NCBI GenBank assembly: GCA_965113315.1
Contig: OZ220365.1
DNA: 64,000 nucleotides
Source: Podarcis vaucheri
Lineage: Eukaryota
Reading direction: 5' to 3' (one strand)
In this document: piece after piece, positions 51,358 to 63,576 of the stretch
Position numbering within the stretch: the stretch's first letter is position 1
How the letters are laid out: each line of letters begins with the position of its first letter
Notes under the pieces: generated by a model
What the model saw: the letters and a program-made list of their open reading frames with translations, nothing else
Database searches by the model: none
What the model was told of the DNA's origin: nothing
Made by a program: the position numbers and the translations under genes

Positions 51358-53589
51358 AGAGGCCCGTGTTGTATATATGTTTAAATAAACCATATATCAT
51401 AAAGACTCCACAGTCTCTGCTGTCCCTCATTCCATGGAAACCAGGTCCTGGGTAAACCCCCTAGAACCCCTGGAATGTCGCACTGATGAGAGATGGCGGT
51501 CATATGCAATAATACATAGGATTGCTCTGAAAGTCTGGCAGCACTGAGAGGAAGTGTTTTTGTTTTTGTCTAGTGATCACATAGGCATGCAGATGAGATT
51601 TGAGATTGTTGTTGGCATCAATCTGTCTCAGGGGACCCCTTTGCGGTCAAAATCAAACTGTTGGAGAGTTACAGCACCTGCTGTGGCTGTAGTGACCGAT
51701 ATGAGACAGATTTGAGAATTCAGTAGAAATGGAAAATTCTGTTAATGCGAATGTTCCCGAGAAAATCACATGAATCACATGAAGGCCCATGATATAGCTT
51801 CTCTGTGGAAGCTCATGCGCTGGGATCAGAGAGCCATGGGGGGCCTCCTCCCTTTCTTCTAGTCATGTCCACAAGCCATTGCCCAGAATAGGAAGGCATT
51901 TTTATTCATCTAACAACTCCTCACAAGTAAGGAGAGGGAAGAAGGAGTTCTCATGCCCAAAGCCCGTGACCAACCACACTGACAAGGGATGTGTTTGTGT
52001 CCCATTGGAATTAGAGGTTCTCTTGCCTGCACCTAGTTTGGTTACAGTTCACCTTTGATCCATTCAATCTGAGCCAAAGCAACCTAATTTATTGTTTAGC
52101 CTTTCTGCCTGACACCCACCCCTTCCAGTCTTATGTCTGCAGGAGTGCAAGCAGGACTGTATGTGAAAGGCTCCCTTCTGAATGTTCCCTTGGCAATAAG
52201 CCATTTAGTACGGTAATGAATGAGGTAACTTGCCTACTGCCACAATGGAGTGCTAATTAGTTTCCAATTTTGAAAACAATGTGAATTCACAGTTGATGTC
52301 ACAGGGGGGAAGCACAAAGCTGGAGCAATCTAACAAAATGTGGAGGGATACCAACTGGTGAGGAGCTTTAGTGTTCATTTTTAGTCGTTTCCTCTTCTGC
52401 TTCACAGCTGGCTTGCAGGGAGTGCAGTAGGTCTGACACATGGAGTGACAGGTATCCAGGGTGCTTGTAATCTGAATGCAATGGCATCTTTCAAAACAGT
52501 GCTGCCTGCTTACATAATTAAAGAGGCATAATTGGTGCAATTGGAGCAGAATTATGCAAAAGATCTTATTTTTGATATTCTGTGCTACTAAAAAAATTGA
52601 CTTGATATTTAGGAAGTATTAGCATATTGTGATCAGGTTTTTTCAGAAACCATGGCAAGTAACCAATATGATACCCTCCAGATGTTGTTGGACTTCCATC
52701 AGATTTAAGGCAAAACTTGCCATAGAGAATCTCATGTACAATCCCTGTTGAAATGAATGGAAGTTGCAGAAACAAACATCTGCGAATGAAACATTCCTTG
52801 CTGGCTTGTGATATGGGTATCGTTTTTAAGATGGAACGTGGGCCAAACTAAATTATACACTGGAGATCTGTGATTGCCCTGGTCTCTTAACATATTTGCA
52901 AAAACGCAGCTGCAGCCCCTACCATCCCTGTTTAGAATGGGAATGCAGATCAGAGGAGGACTTAAGCACTTTCTCATGTCACTGAAATGAAAATTGCCCC
53001 TCAAAGCTAGTATTTGGCCCATTAGGAAAAACTAAAAACTAAAATGTTTTAATAAGTGCTTTGGGATGGGTAAGAACAGGTTTTTTAAATCAGGTAAACA
53101 GGGCAGGGTGGGGGTGGGGGGAGAAAGAATTGATTCCCCAGTGCTGTGGTCTTGATCGGAACTGAGAGATCCTCTGCTTTTTGAGAAATTTAAAAGTTGG
53201 CAGTAACTGGTTAGGTCATATTCCCCGGGCCTGATGAAATTATTGACCATTATTTGAGGAAAAGCTCAGCTTGTCTAGAATGTGGCAACTTGGTTGCCAA
53301 ACAGAGCCAGACTGCAAGATGTCTTGCTTGTTATGAAACATCTGCAGTGGCTCCCGAATCATTTCTGTTTGATCATTAAAGCCCCAAAGGGTTAGGATCC
53401 AGATATCTGCTAAGTCATCATCTCTGGCTGTCCTCACCTGTTGAGGTATCTACCATTTTGTTACTCCCCAGAAAATTCCTGCAAACAGGTAGTTGCAAAG
53501 TTACATAAGGTTGGGGAAGGTTTTGCACTGAAAGTGCTTCCAAGCAGCGAATAGCATGTAACATGTGCACAAAACAAGTTAAGGACCAC

Positions 53590-53736
53590 CAGTGGCGTAG
53601 CGTGGGTTGTCAGCACCCGGGGCAAGGCAAGTAATTTGCGCCCCCTAACCCACGGATTTGCGCCCCCTAACCCTAACCCCCAGATATTGCGCCCGGTGCC
53701 TCCGGCCCTCCCTGCACCCCCCACGCTACGCCACTG
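53590..53736. mobile_element. Young hAT MITE (147 bp)
   Basis: Perfect 17-bp TIR CAGTGGCGTAGCGTGGG/CCCACGCTACGCCACTG and perfect 8-bp TSD AGGACCAC (53582-53589, 53737-53744). Confidence 0.92.
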
Positions 53737-53930
53737 AGGACCACAGCCCTTCATCAGAGCATCTGCTTTGCAAGCCAAAAGTCCCAGTTTCAATCCCCAG
53801 CATCTCCAGGTAGGGCTGGGAGGGAACCTTCCCTCAAATCCTAGAGAGCTACTGTCAATCAGTGCAGACAGTACTAAGCTAGAAGGACCAATAGTTGGAC
53901 TCAGTATAAATCAGCAACCTATATTCCTAA
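53737..53930 (+). mobile_element. tRNA-derived SINE with CR1-like tail (Squam2-like)
   Basis: agagcatctgctttgc…gtcccagtttcaatcccc (B box)…ctccaggtagggctgg…gctagaaggaccaat…gactcagtataa…cctatattccta. Confidence 0.7.
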
Positions 53931-54138
53931 ATATATATGATCTGGATTCTGATTACTGTTGTCCATATTAATATTTCCACAAAATGTGTAGTGAAAAAGT
54001 TGTACAAGATTGCCTACAAGGTATGGAACTCAGTAAGAAATGCTATGTGCTGCATTCAGGTCTATGTATGAGAAGCAAGTCTTCCATTCTCCCATCCTCT
54101 TTTCTTTTTTTCTTTTTAAAATAACCAACCCCTTCCAT

Positions 54139-54492
54139 GGGACGCGGGTGGTGCTGTGGGTTAAACCACAGAGCCTAGGACTTGCCGATCAGAAGGTTGG
54201 CGGTTCGAATCCCTGTGACGGGGTGAGCTCCCGTTGCTCGGTCCCTGCTCCTGCCAACCTAGCAGTTCAAAAGCACGTCAAAGTGCAAGTAGATAAACAG
54301 GTACCACTCCAGCGGGAAGGTAATCGGCATTTTCGTGTGCTGCTCTGGTTCGCCAGAAGCGGCTTAGTCATGCTGGTCACATGACCTGGAAGCTGTACAC
54401 CGGCTCCCTCGGCCAGTAAAGCGAGATGAGTGCCGCAACCCAGAGTTGTTCACGACTGGACCTAATGGACTTTTACCTTTACCTTTACCTTT
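54139..54492 (+). mobile_element. Sauria SINE, older subfamily
   Basis: Head gggacgcgggtgg, B box ggttcgaatccc, (ACCTTT)n tail, flanking ccccttcc repeats. Confidence 0.9.
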
Positions 54493-55233
54493 ACCCCCTT
54501 CCTACCAGCTTATTATTCTCCATAGATAGTTGTGCAGGCACTGCTAAAGAAGCTCACGCTGTCATTCAGATTCCAGCCCATGTTCTTCCATGTAGCTCTG
54601 TTCCACAATTGCAGTGGATCTGAGGGAGATCAGTGGAAAACAGAAACATGGAGGAGGTGGGGACAAAACACAAAGGTGCACATTTGCTTAGCCGGGGCTG
54701 CATTTTATAATCAAAACCCTGTGGGGAAAATACCACGCCAAGTATGACCATTGATTTTTATTTAATTGTCTCCTACACTTTCCTTGCATAAGGGCAATTG
54801 AATTTAAAATGTTTACAGTTGGTTGCACAGCACTCTCTGGCACTAGATTTGTAGTAATAAGCTATTTCTTGCTCCTTTTAAGCAGCAGGGTCTAGAAATT
54901 TAGAAACATCATGAAGTTTCAGAGGTCTGAACCTCTTTGGGCTTGAAACAGAGACCTAAAATGGGGGGTTAAAGATAAGCAGTGCAATGTTGCCTTCAAA
55001 GGCATTGCCAGGAGTGACGTTTTATTCTTATATTGTTTTTATATTACAGCATTTTTAAAATAATAGCCATAATATATTCAAGCAAGAATATCCTACCTGC
55101 TTTTTGCTGAGGGCCGCATTCCCCCATGGATTGCGTGGGGGCCATTTGGGGCTGCATGGGGGCCATGGGTGAAGCTAAAGAGAAATGTGTTCTGGGTGAT
55201 CCAGTAGAAAGAGCATTCAGTTTCAATGCTCAA

Positions 55234-55517
55234 GAGCCAGTGTGGTGTAGTGGTTAAGAGCGGTAGACTCGTAATCTGGGGAACCGGGTTCGCGTCTCCA
55301 CTCCTCCACAAGCAGCTGCTGGATGACCTTGGGCTAGGCACACTTCTCTGTGAGCCCCACTCACCTCACAGAATGTTTGTTGTGGAGGAGGAAGGGAAAG
55401 GAGAATGTTAGCCACTTTGAGACTCCTTCGGGTAGTGATAAAGCGGGATATCAAATCCAAACTTTTCTTCCTCTTCTTCTTCTTCTTCTTCTTCTTCTTC
55501 TTCTTCTTCTTCTTCTT
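55234..55517 (+). mobile_element. tRNA-derived CORE-type SINE (Squam3-like) with expanded (CTT)n tail
   Basis: gagccagtgtggtgtagtggttaagagc (A box) … gggttcgcgtctcc (B box) … gcgggatatcaaatccaaa, then (ctt)n at ~55465-55517. Confidence 0.88.
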
Positions 55518-56002
55518 TTCATGGCTGATTAGATTTTCCAATCTTATGAAGGTTTACTTAGAAGTGCATCCCACTGGATTTGATTGGTCTCTTCTCAAAT
55601 AAATATACAGGGATTTTTGTTGTTGTTATTCAGCAGAGCAATACAGATACTATTCTGGAATGAATATATCATATTAAAGTTAGAAAGGAATTACTTCTTT
55701 TCAGAATAGTACACGTATGCATACATATATAGCAGAAACCTAAACATTTGTCATCCGTTAGCTGGAGAAAAAAAATATATTTTCCTCAAGCAGGTTTGTC
55801 CATTTGTGTATTAAAACATAGACATAAGGTGTGTGTATTATAAAAGTCTTTAATTTTATATCTATTTCAATCCTATTAGTTGAAGACAAAACATACATAA
55901 AAATGAGATTTAGACACTAGTACTGTACCAATATCTAGTGCTATGGAGTTCTTTTGGACTTCCTCCTGTTGCATATCAGACAGTTCTGTGTTGAGATCTA
56001 AA

Positions 56003-56007
<5 letters not shown>

Positions 56008-56034
<27 letters not shown>
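56008..56034. repeat. (CAAT)n microsatellite
   Basis: Directly visible. Confidence 0.9.
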
Positions 56035-57108
56035 ATCAAAGCGCAGTTTCCCCTGCCATGTCTGACGTCCTGAGCGCCAGCCGCTACCTGAATCCAATAT
56101 ACCCACATATTATTTTATGCTTTGACTTTTTCAGGTAGGAAATAAATACTCCAGACACACCTGGAGTTTAGAAATGTTAAGTGGGGATATGGTGCTTAAC
56201 CCATTGCTTTTGCCACTGCTGTCCCCAAGCTATTCCCCCGCCAATTAGGTTCCAGGCTTTTACTGACAAACACACACATAACAACTGATAGGAGAGGATA
56301 AGTGGACAGGGATGGTGGAGGTAGACTTGTATGGGGAAAGCCTTGGGCTAAGCACTGCTTTCAACTTGTCTGCACTCCAAATTCCTAAAGCTCCAGATTT
56401 AAAAATATGTGAATTTGTATGTAACATGTAGATTGGCTCTCATTTCAAATCTGCTTTGAAATGTTCAGCCCTTAAGACTGATTGAGTCAAATCTAAAATG
56501 CCCGAACTTGCAGAGATTGGGAAAAAGAAAAGGAATTCCAGCTGAAAGGGATCAAAACCATATATAATGCAAGCTTGATTACAATTCACTTCCGCTTTGC
56601 TCTCTCATATCAGCTTCTGGGTGCTGCATTCAGTTTTCTGTAAGTACGCTTGCAATCGCAGTAGAATCTTTAACTAGGATATAGGCAAAGCGTACAGTCA
56701 CATATAAGCAGGTGTGGGGGAGTGTTGACTGTGGTATTCATTAAACTCAGCACGTTTTGGCTCTTATATGCCTTTTCCCTCCTTCCAATTGCTATTTAAT
56801 GACTTCTAATGGTTCCAAAGGCAGAATTTTTGCACACAAATGGGTCTTTTTAGATAGATGGGACTATGTGCTCCCTTGCTAGACAAGTACAGAATCACAC
56901 CAAAGATTAATGATACTGTACAGCATAATTACAAATATGAAATACATTTATGCCCCCTTCCTTGACATAATGAAGCATTACAAACAGTTAACAGGGTTGT
57001 GTGTCTGTTTGTGTGTTGAGTTTGTCTTATCTTCATTACTGTGAATGGGCCTATCTCTAGACAAATAGTTGCCAGCCATCAGAGAATATTACTAATATTT
57101 TAAGCCTA

Positions 57109-57471
57109 AGGTAAAGGTAAAGGTACCCCTGCCCGAACGGGCCAGTCTTGACAGACTGTGGGGTTTGTGCGCCCATCTCACATTTATTGGCCGGGGGCCA
57201 GCGCTGTCTGGGGACACTTCCGGGTCACGTGGCCAGCGTGACATCGCTGCTCTGGCGAGCCAGAGCCGCACACGGAACGCTGTTTACCTTCCCGCTGGTA
57301 AGCGGTACCTATTTATCTACTTGCACCCGGAGGTGCTTTCGAACTGCTAGGTGGGCAGGCGCTGGGACCGAACAGCGGGAGCGCACCCCGCCACGGGGAT
57401 TCGAACCGCCGACCTTTCGATCGGCAAGCCCTAGGCGTTGAGGCTTTAGCCCACAGCGCCACCCGCATCCC
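57109..57471 (-). mobile_element. Sauria SINE, very young subfamily
   Basis: Reverse complement of 44023-44381 with about 4 mismatches. TSD TTTAAGCCTA (57099-57108, 57473-57482). Confidence 0.93.
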
Positions 57472-58615
57472 ATTTAAGCCTAGTCATATTCTTATCGAAA
57501 TATTAATGTACCTTGATGGCTGGAAATCCCTCTCCTCTGCCTTTGGAAGACAACACTCATGAGTCATGAGCAACAGAAGCGACAGAAAAAAGAGTAGTAA
57601 GTTTGCATTTGAGCATGGGCAGGAAACGGCACACTTGTTTAGGTCTTGTCTAGGTTTATGGAAAATATTTAACTATGTGATTGACACAGCTCTGAAAATT
57701 GTTTTTGGTTCAAGGCAGCGAATGGAAGTTTGAACAGCTTGGATTGTTCAGTTAACCCAGGAGATCCCCTCTTGCATAGCTTGACTGGCAGGGACATGGT
57801 GGAGAGTCTACTTACTATTATTTATTATTATTGTTATTTTTAATAATATTAAAACCAGTTAAATGTGAATCAAGTCAAACCCCTGCAGCAGGTTGATTGA
57901 ACTAGTGCTGTGCAAGCACCCCACCTCGTCATTGTGCTTTGGGGACTGTTTGGCATGTTGTTGGTTTTCTTTTTTGGTTGCGGGGAGGCAGTGTTGTCCT
58001 AGACACCAAATCCAAACTGCAGCTGAAGTCCTCCCATTGGTTTTCATTGAGAAACCAAAATGGCCACAATGTTTTGGGTTTCCCCCCCCCCACACGGAAG
58101 TGCATGTAACCTGAAGACACAGTAGCACCCCAAGAGGGGATTAACCATGCCAAATTTCACACAGGTAGATCAAGAGGTTTTTCTATTCTTCTTCTTCTTC
58201 TTCTGATTACAGTACTTTGGTCAAAACAGCCATAACTAATAAAATTATACAGCCAAAATGGGGTGCAGGCTGGGAGAGAGAAGGCAGCAACACTGCCTAA
58301 TTTAAAGTGCCCCACCCCAAGATGTTATTAGCCATGGATGGAGTGAAAGACAAATATGTTGTACCCCTTCCCCATATCTTAGCAACTGTGCAGGAGGATT
58401 TCAGTCAAGGAAATGCAGTCTGGATGGGAAGGGTTAAATTAACCTCCCCCAGTGGGGCAGTCCAGATCCAAATCCTGATCCCAAGCTGCCTTTCCTACCA
58501 CTTGGGGAAGTGCGTTTAACCTCCATTTTGTAACAATGGTTTAGAATAGCAAAGGTGTTTCTTCTTGTGCCTTACATGCAGACTGTGCGCTTGGAGAGAT
58601 ATTCTGTAACCAATA

Positions 58616-58850
58616 CAGTAATACCTCGAGTTACAGACGCTTCAGGTTGCGTTTTTTTCGGGTTGAGGACTGCTGAAACCAGAAGTACTGGAACAGGTTA
58701 CTTCCGAGTTTTGGCGGTCGCACATGCGCATGCGCAGAAGCGCTGAATCACAACCCGTGTGTGCGCAGATGTGCAGATGCGGGTTGTAAATGCTGCGGGT
58801 TGCGAACGTGCATCCTGCACAGATCACGTTCGCAACCCGAGCGTCCATTG
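58616..58850. mobile_element. Tc1/pogo MITE
   Basis: TA-cagtaatacctcgagtt … aacccgagcgtccattg-TA. First ~35 nt are shared with the 35802 family. Confidence 0.75.
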
Positions 58851-59726
58851 TACTCAGTTGGCATCTCACCAGAGCTGGATGAGAGCAACACTATTTTGGA
58901 AAAATGGTGCCGAGGAGAATTCACACCATTCCACCAAATGCAAAGAGGAATAGGGCCTTGTGCACAGGGCATCTGAGGTCATCTGCCATCTTACTTATTG
59001 GGCTTTCTGGAAGCCTGCTATTCATTCTAAACCTTTGTTTATTTTGCTATCAGTCTGGATTCTTTTTCATTCTCTCCTATCCTTCCTCCGCTTGTCACCA
59101 TCTCCTAAAGGGAGATATCTCCCCTTTGGATGTTTCTCTCATTTCATTACTCTTCCAAATTGTGCCTCCTCTCCTGGCAGCAGCCATTTCATCAGGCTGC
59201 CTCAGCGGGATAGATGAGAACCAGGACTTATCCCACCAGCTTTGCGGAAAAACCAGCTCTGTCAGGTACCTGCTTACCTCTGAGCTGTTTTTGGGCCAGC
59301 TGGTTATTATGAGAAATGCAATTTAAGAATTGCTGTCTGAGTTTGCCTTTTTCCTCTTACCTCCCTTTCCCTTTCCTCTTGTGTGTTATTTCAAACAAAC
59401 AAACAAACACAAACAAACAAACAAACAAACAAACAAGGAGCCTGGGAGCCTTCTTGGCTGAAGGCCAGGGTACAAATGTTCTAAATAAATAAATAAATAA
59501 TGCTAGAAGAACATAAGTGCTTAAGAGCTGCGAGAACAGCCCAGCTCAGCATCCTTTTCTCAAAATGGTCAACCAAGTGCCTATGAAAAGCTAGCAAACA
59601 GAACCCGAGCACAACATGACTCTTCTCACTTGTGATTCCCAGCAACTGGTATTCAGAGGCAAATTGGTAAAAATTAGCCATAATCTGCCTCTTGGATCCT
59701 GTTTATTCCTATTTCTTGGTTTCTTT

Positions 59727-60485
59727 TGTTGCGTGGCAAGTTCCCTCCCCCCCAGTGGAAATAAAGACACATGACACAGATATTTAAGGTTAATGGGCTA
59801 AATATGGCCACAACTTTATTGGTTACAGGTGATGAGCGGTATTGGCTTAGGCCTTGGTCCTAACCGATTATCCAGCTTCAGCCTGTTCGCTTGAAGTCCG
59901 GGAAGGGTTAACCACCAGTAGGGGGAGTCCTGCTGATGCACATCAACTAGGAACTCGCTGGGGTTACCGCTCGGGGGCGTGCCTTAGGCCCTCACCTCCA
60001 TAGGCTTTGGACAGGGCCACGCCCCCCGGAATCCTTTATCAGACTACCCTTCAATATGCGGGGGAGGTGATGGCGCTTCCTCCCCCCCCTTCCATCTACA
60101 TAACAATACCAAAACCAATGCCTAACCGCCAGTACCAAGGAAGTTTTGACGATTTGTTACGAGGTAGGTGAAAAACCAAGTGGCTGGTGCCAATTTGCCA
60201 AGTGGAAAAAATTCCTACCAGGCCCCTTAATGGTGACCAACCAAGGTCCATAGCAAGGTCAAAGACAAAAACCTTAAAGGGCGGGAGGATGGGCAACTGG
60301 AGCAGCTGGAAGCGGCGAAGAGGGAGATCGCCTGCGTTAAATGGAGCAGGCCACGCCCCCGGCCAGCCGATTGGCTGGCCAGGGGATGACATGGTCGGGT
60401 ATTCCCTCAGTCACACGGAGGCTGAGCTGAGAGCCAGCCCCCGTGCACATGGTGGGAGGGTGAAGCCCACAACCCCACGTCCTTT
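59727..60485 (-). mobile_element. LTR-like element (probable solo LTR)
   Basis: Minus strand ends …CGCAACA with AATAAA (tttatt 59815-59820) about 90 nt upstream. GC-elevated. Homologous to 63577-64000 in the opposite orientation. Confidence 0.55.
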
Positions 60486-61104
60486 CTAAGTCGGAAGTGG
60501 CTTTCCTTTGACTCTTTCATCATTTGTTCATATTCAAATATATTTCTTGTTGTGTTTTCATTGTTATCTATAAGCAACCTGTAGCTTATCAGCTTATATC
60601 TCCATATCCTTCCTCTATTTGGTTGTAAATTTCACATTTTAATGCCAGAAGCCTATGGTTTCATCTATATGCTTGTATACAATCCCTCAAATGCTAGTGA
60701 TTAAAAAAAAATACCTTCCTGGTTGAAGATCAGAGTTAAGGCTACCTCATGTTGGCTCAGGTTCCACAAAGCCATGAACCTGGAAACCAAGGCTAATGCC
60801 TTAACGAATGTGCCCCATGATCACAAATTGCACTGTACTGTGAAAAGTCACAAACTGTGCTTGCTTATGACTTATCTCCTCCATGTACCCATGCTTTTCC
60901 TTGGCCTTTCAGGCATAAACACAGACAAGCAGAATGAAAGAAGTGCTCAAGGAACAGTGGATTTTGCCCTGGACTTGTATTGCCTTAAGAAGCATCTGAG
61001 CCTTACTGTATTGCTAGAGGAATCCTCCTATGAGTTGACCCATGCCTTGCATCAGTAGCTCATAGAATGAGATTAACACAAGGAGATTAAATGCCTTAGA
61101 GAAG

Positions 61105-61769
61105 CTCCTTACCTCTCTCGCCCTGACCTAGCCACTGTGATCCACGTGACGGTCACCTCCAGGCTTGATTATTGTAACTCACTCTACTTGGGGCTACCCT
61201 TGAGACTGACCCAGAAACTCCAGCGGGTGCAGAATGCTGTGGCGAGACTCCTTATGGGGTCCTCATCACAGGATCACATTCACCAGCTGCACTGGCTCTC
61301 GGTGGAGTACAGGATCAGGTTTAAGGTGCTAGTTTTAACCTTTAAAGCCCTATATGGCCTAGGTACCTATGGGACTGCCTCTCCTGATATGTCCCACTGA
61401 GGACGTTACAATCTTCAAATAAAAACATCTTGGAGATCCTGGGCCACAGGGAGGTTAGGCTGGTGTCGACCAGAGCCAGGGCTTTTTCGGCCATGGCCCC
61501 AATCTGGTGTAATGCTGTCACAAGAGACTAGGGCCCTGCAGGACTTGACATCTTTCTGCAGGGCCTGCAAGATGGAGCTGTTCCACCAGGCCTTTGACCA
61601 AGGCACAGTCTGACCCCTTCTCTCCTTCTGTAATCCTCATAGAACTCTAACCCAATGGTTGCCATTAATTTGATTCTAAATTGATTTTAGAATGTATTTT
61701 AATTAATTGACTGTGTGATTTTATGTACACTGTGCTATTTTTACTTGCTGTTAGCCACTCTGAGCCCAG
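61105..61769 (+). mobile_element. L2 LINE 3' fragment
   Basis: ORF reads VTSRLDYCNSLYLGLP…QKLQRVQNAVARLL…LHWLSVEYRIRFKVLVLTFKALYGLG, the typical L2 ORF2 C-terminus. Runs into the assembly gap. Confidence 0.92.
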
Positions 61770-61899
61770 NNNNNNNNNNNNNNNNNNNNNNNNNNNNNNN
61801 NNNNNNNNNNNNNNNNNNNNNNNNNNNNNNNNNNNNNNNNNNNNNNNNNNNNNNNNNNNNNNNNNNNNNNNNNNNNNNNNNNNNNNNNNNNNNNNNNNN
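61770..61899. other. Assembly gap (130 N)
   Basis: Run of N. Confidence 1.
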
Positions 61900-62859
61900 G
61901 CTCATGCAGGTTCTGGCATGCCCCAGGTGCTGACATTGGGCCTATATACCACTCGGCGCACCATCTGCCACTCTCTATGTACACATTCCACCTCCCACCC
62001 CTCAGTCTGCAGGGCTCTGGACTACAGCCCCAAAGTCCAGTCCTAGTTTTACCACTGGGCAGTGAATGAGCAGGGGAGGCAATAATTTCCTTGCTCACAG
62101 ACATCTTTCATCTTCTTTTCAGTTGTGCATTCCTCCTCATTCTCTTTGTTCTCTCTTTGTTAAACCACAACTCAGTCCTCTTATCTCTTATACTGGTTCT
62201 TCTGTTAGCTATTATTTTGTCCTTTATGTTTAGAGTTTTGTTCCTACAGATATTTGTTCTGCTCCTTCTTTGCTTTTATTTAAATAACTTTTGAAGACCT
62301 CTTCCTTTACTCTGCCTTTCTCTGACAAGCTTTTTTTAAAATTTATTTTTTTACTGTTGATCTTTCTGCTGAATTCAATTTCTGTTTCTGTATCTTTTAC
62401 TCTGTGAGCCTCCTGGCAGGGTTCCTTTGTGTTTACTTCTGTTTATATAGAAGTAGGTGCTATATAAATAATTATTATAATAATTTATTGAGCAAGTAAT
62501 TCTCACCACTGATCTTTAAGTGGCATCATATTTCTCCATCACAGAGTGATTGCTAAATCATTGCACTCCAATGATTGATACGGATTTATTGTGACATCAC
62601 TTTGGAGAAATTCGCCAACCAATTCAACAGCATCAGTTTAATCAAGTTATGGCACATTCTTGGTCCTTGTAAGGACATGATTTATAGGAAATAAAAATTA
62701 TGTCTTAGACCAAGGACATTGCCAGATCATTACATTTACTGACAAACAAATGTATCAAATAGCTTTACTTTCAGAAGCAGGTTTACCCTTAATAGGTTAT
62801 CAATATGATTTCTTTGCTTGTTTATCGTTATTGTAAAATGATGGAATAGAACCATTTCC

Positions 62860-63576
62860 TCATTTTTCTTCATTTTCAAATATTTTATTGATTTTTTGTT
62901 AAGACTATGAACATGGAACACAAACATTATCAAAACAATTGGCTCCCCCCCCCTTCTCACCTCTTCCTGCAGAATAGAAGACTAATGCATCAAAATTTTC
63001 CGTAAGTCTATGTGCATATTTGGTGGGTGCCAGTCGTTAGGATGTTCATTTGACCATTTTATAAAGGGGTGCCATATTTAAGCTAAATTGTCTATATAGG
63101 ATACTCTCTTAGCTAGTTTGTCAGATAAAGCCATTGCCCTTATGTTCTGTTTCCATTGTGTGACGTGTAGGTGATCAAGTTCTTTGCTATAAGTGATCAT
63201 GCCACTAGCAGAAGAAAAGTGGTAAGTTCCTTGTGTAATAGTCTGCGTATCTTTGAAGACTAAATAAACCTAGACATAGATTACATTGTATGTCCTGGTT
63301 CATGTTCTTGCTTATTCCCAAAATGGTTGTGCACTAATGCTCATGTCCACTACATATGGAAAATCGTACCAGTTAACTTGCATGCTCAAGAGGATGTTTT
63401 GTCTATATAGCTGCCCCTACAGGTGTCAAATGTCTTCTAAGTATTAACTTAAAAGAGTTAAAATGTCTTAATATTCCTTTTATTTTCTGGTTGTTTTGGA
63501 TAGCACTAGAGAATGGCTCTGTTGACAGTAAAAATAATAGAGGTGATAAATTGGGTCCTCCCTTAAAGAGGGCACG
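62860..63576 (-). mobile_element. Decayed, internally deleted L1-clade fragment
   Basis: Minus strand gives the RT motif GPNLSPLLFLLSTEPFSSAIQNNQKIKGI, joined directly to C-terminal motifs (RHLTPV, FHM*W…QPFWE, KWHPFI). AATAAA near 62885. Confidence 0.7.

Noticed and set aside
55234-55310. tRNA-like A and B boxes (also in the Sauria and Squam2-like heads)
   Set aside because: These are SINE heads continuing into SINE bodies and tails, not tRNA genes.
62050-62400. Pyrimidine-rich stretch giving a hydrophobic 67-aa ORF
   Set aside because: Compositional artefact, possibly a decayed antisense retroelement segment. No supportable assignment.
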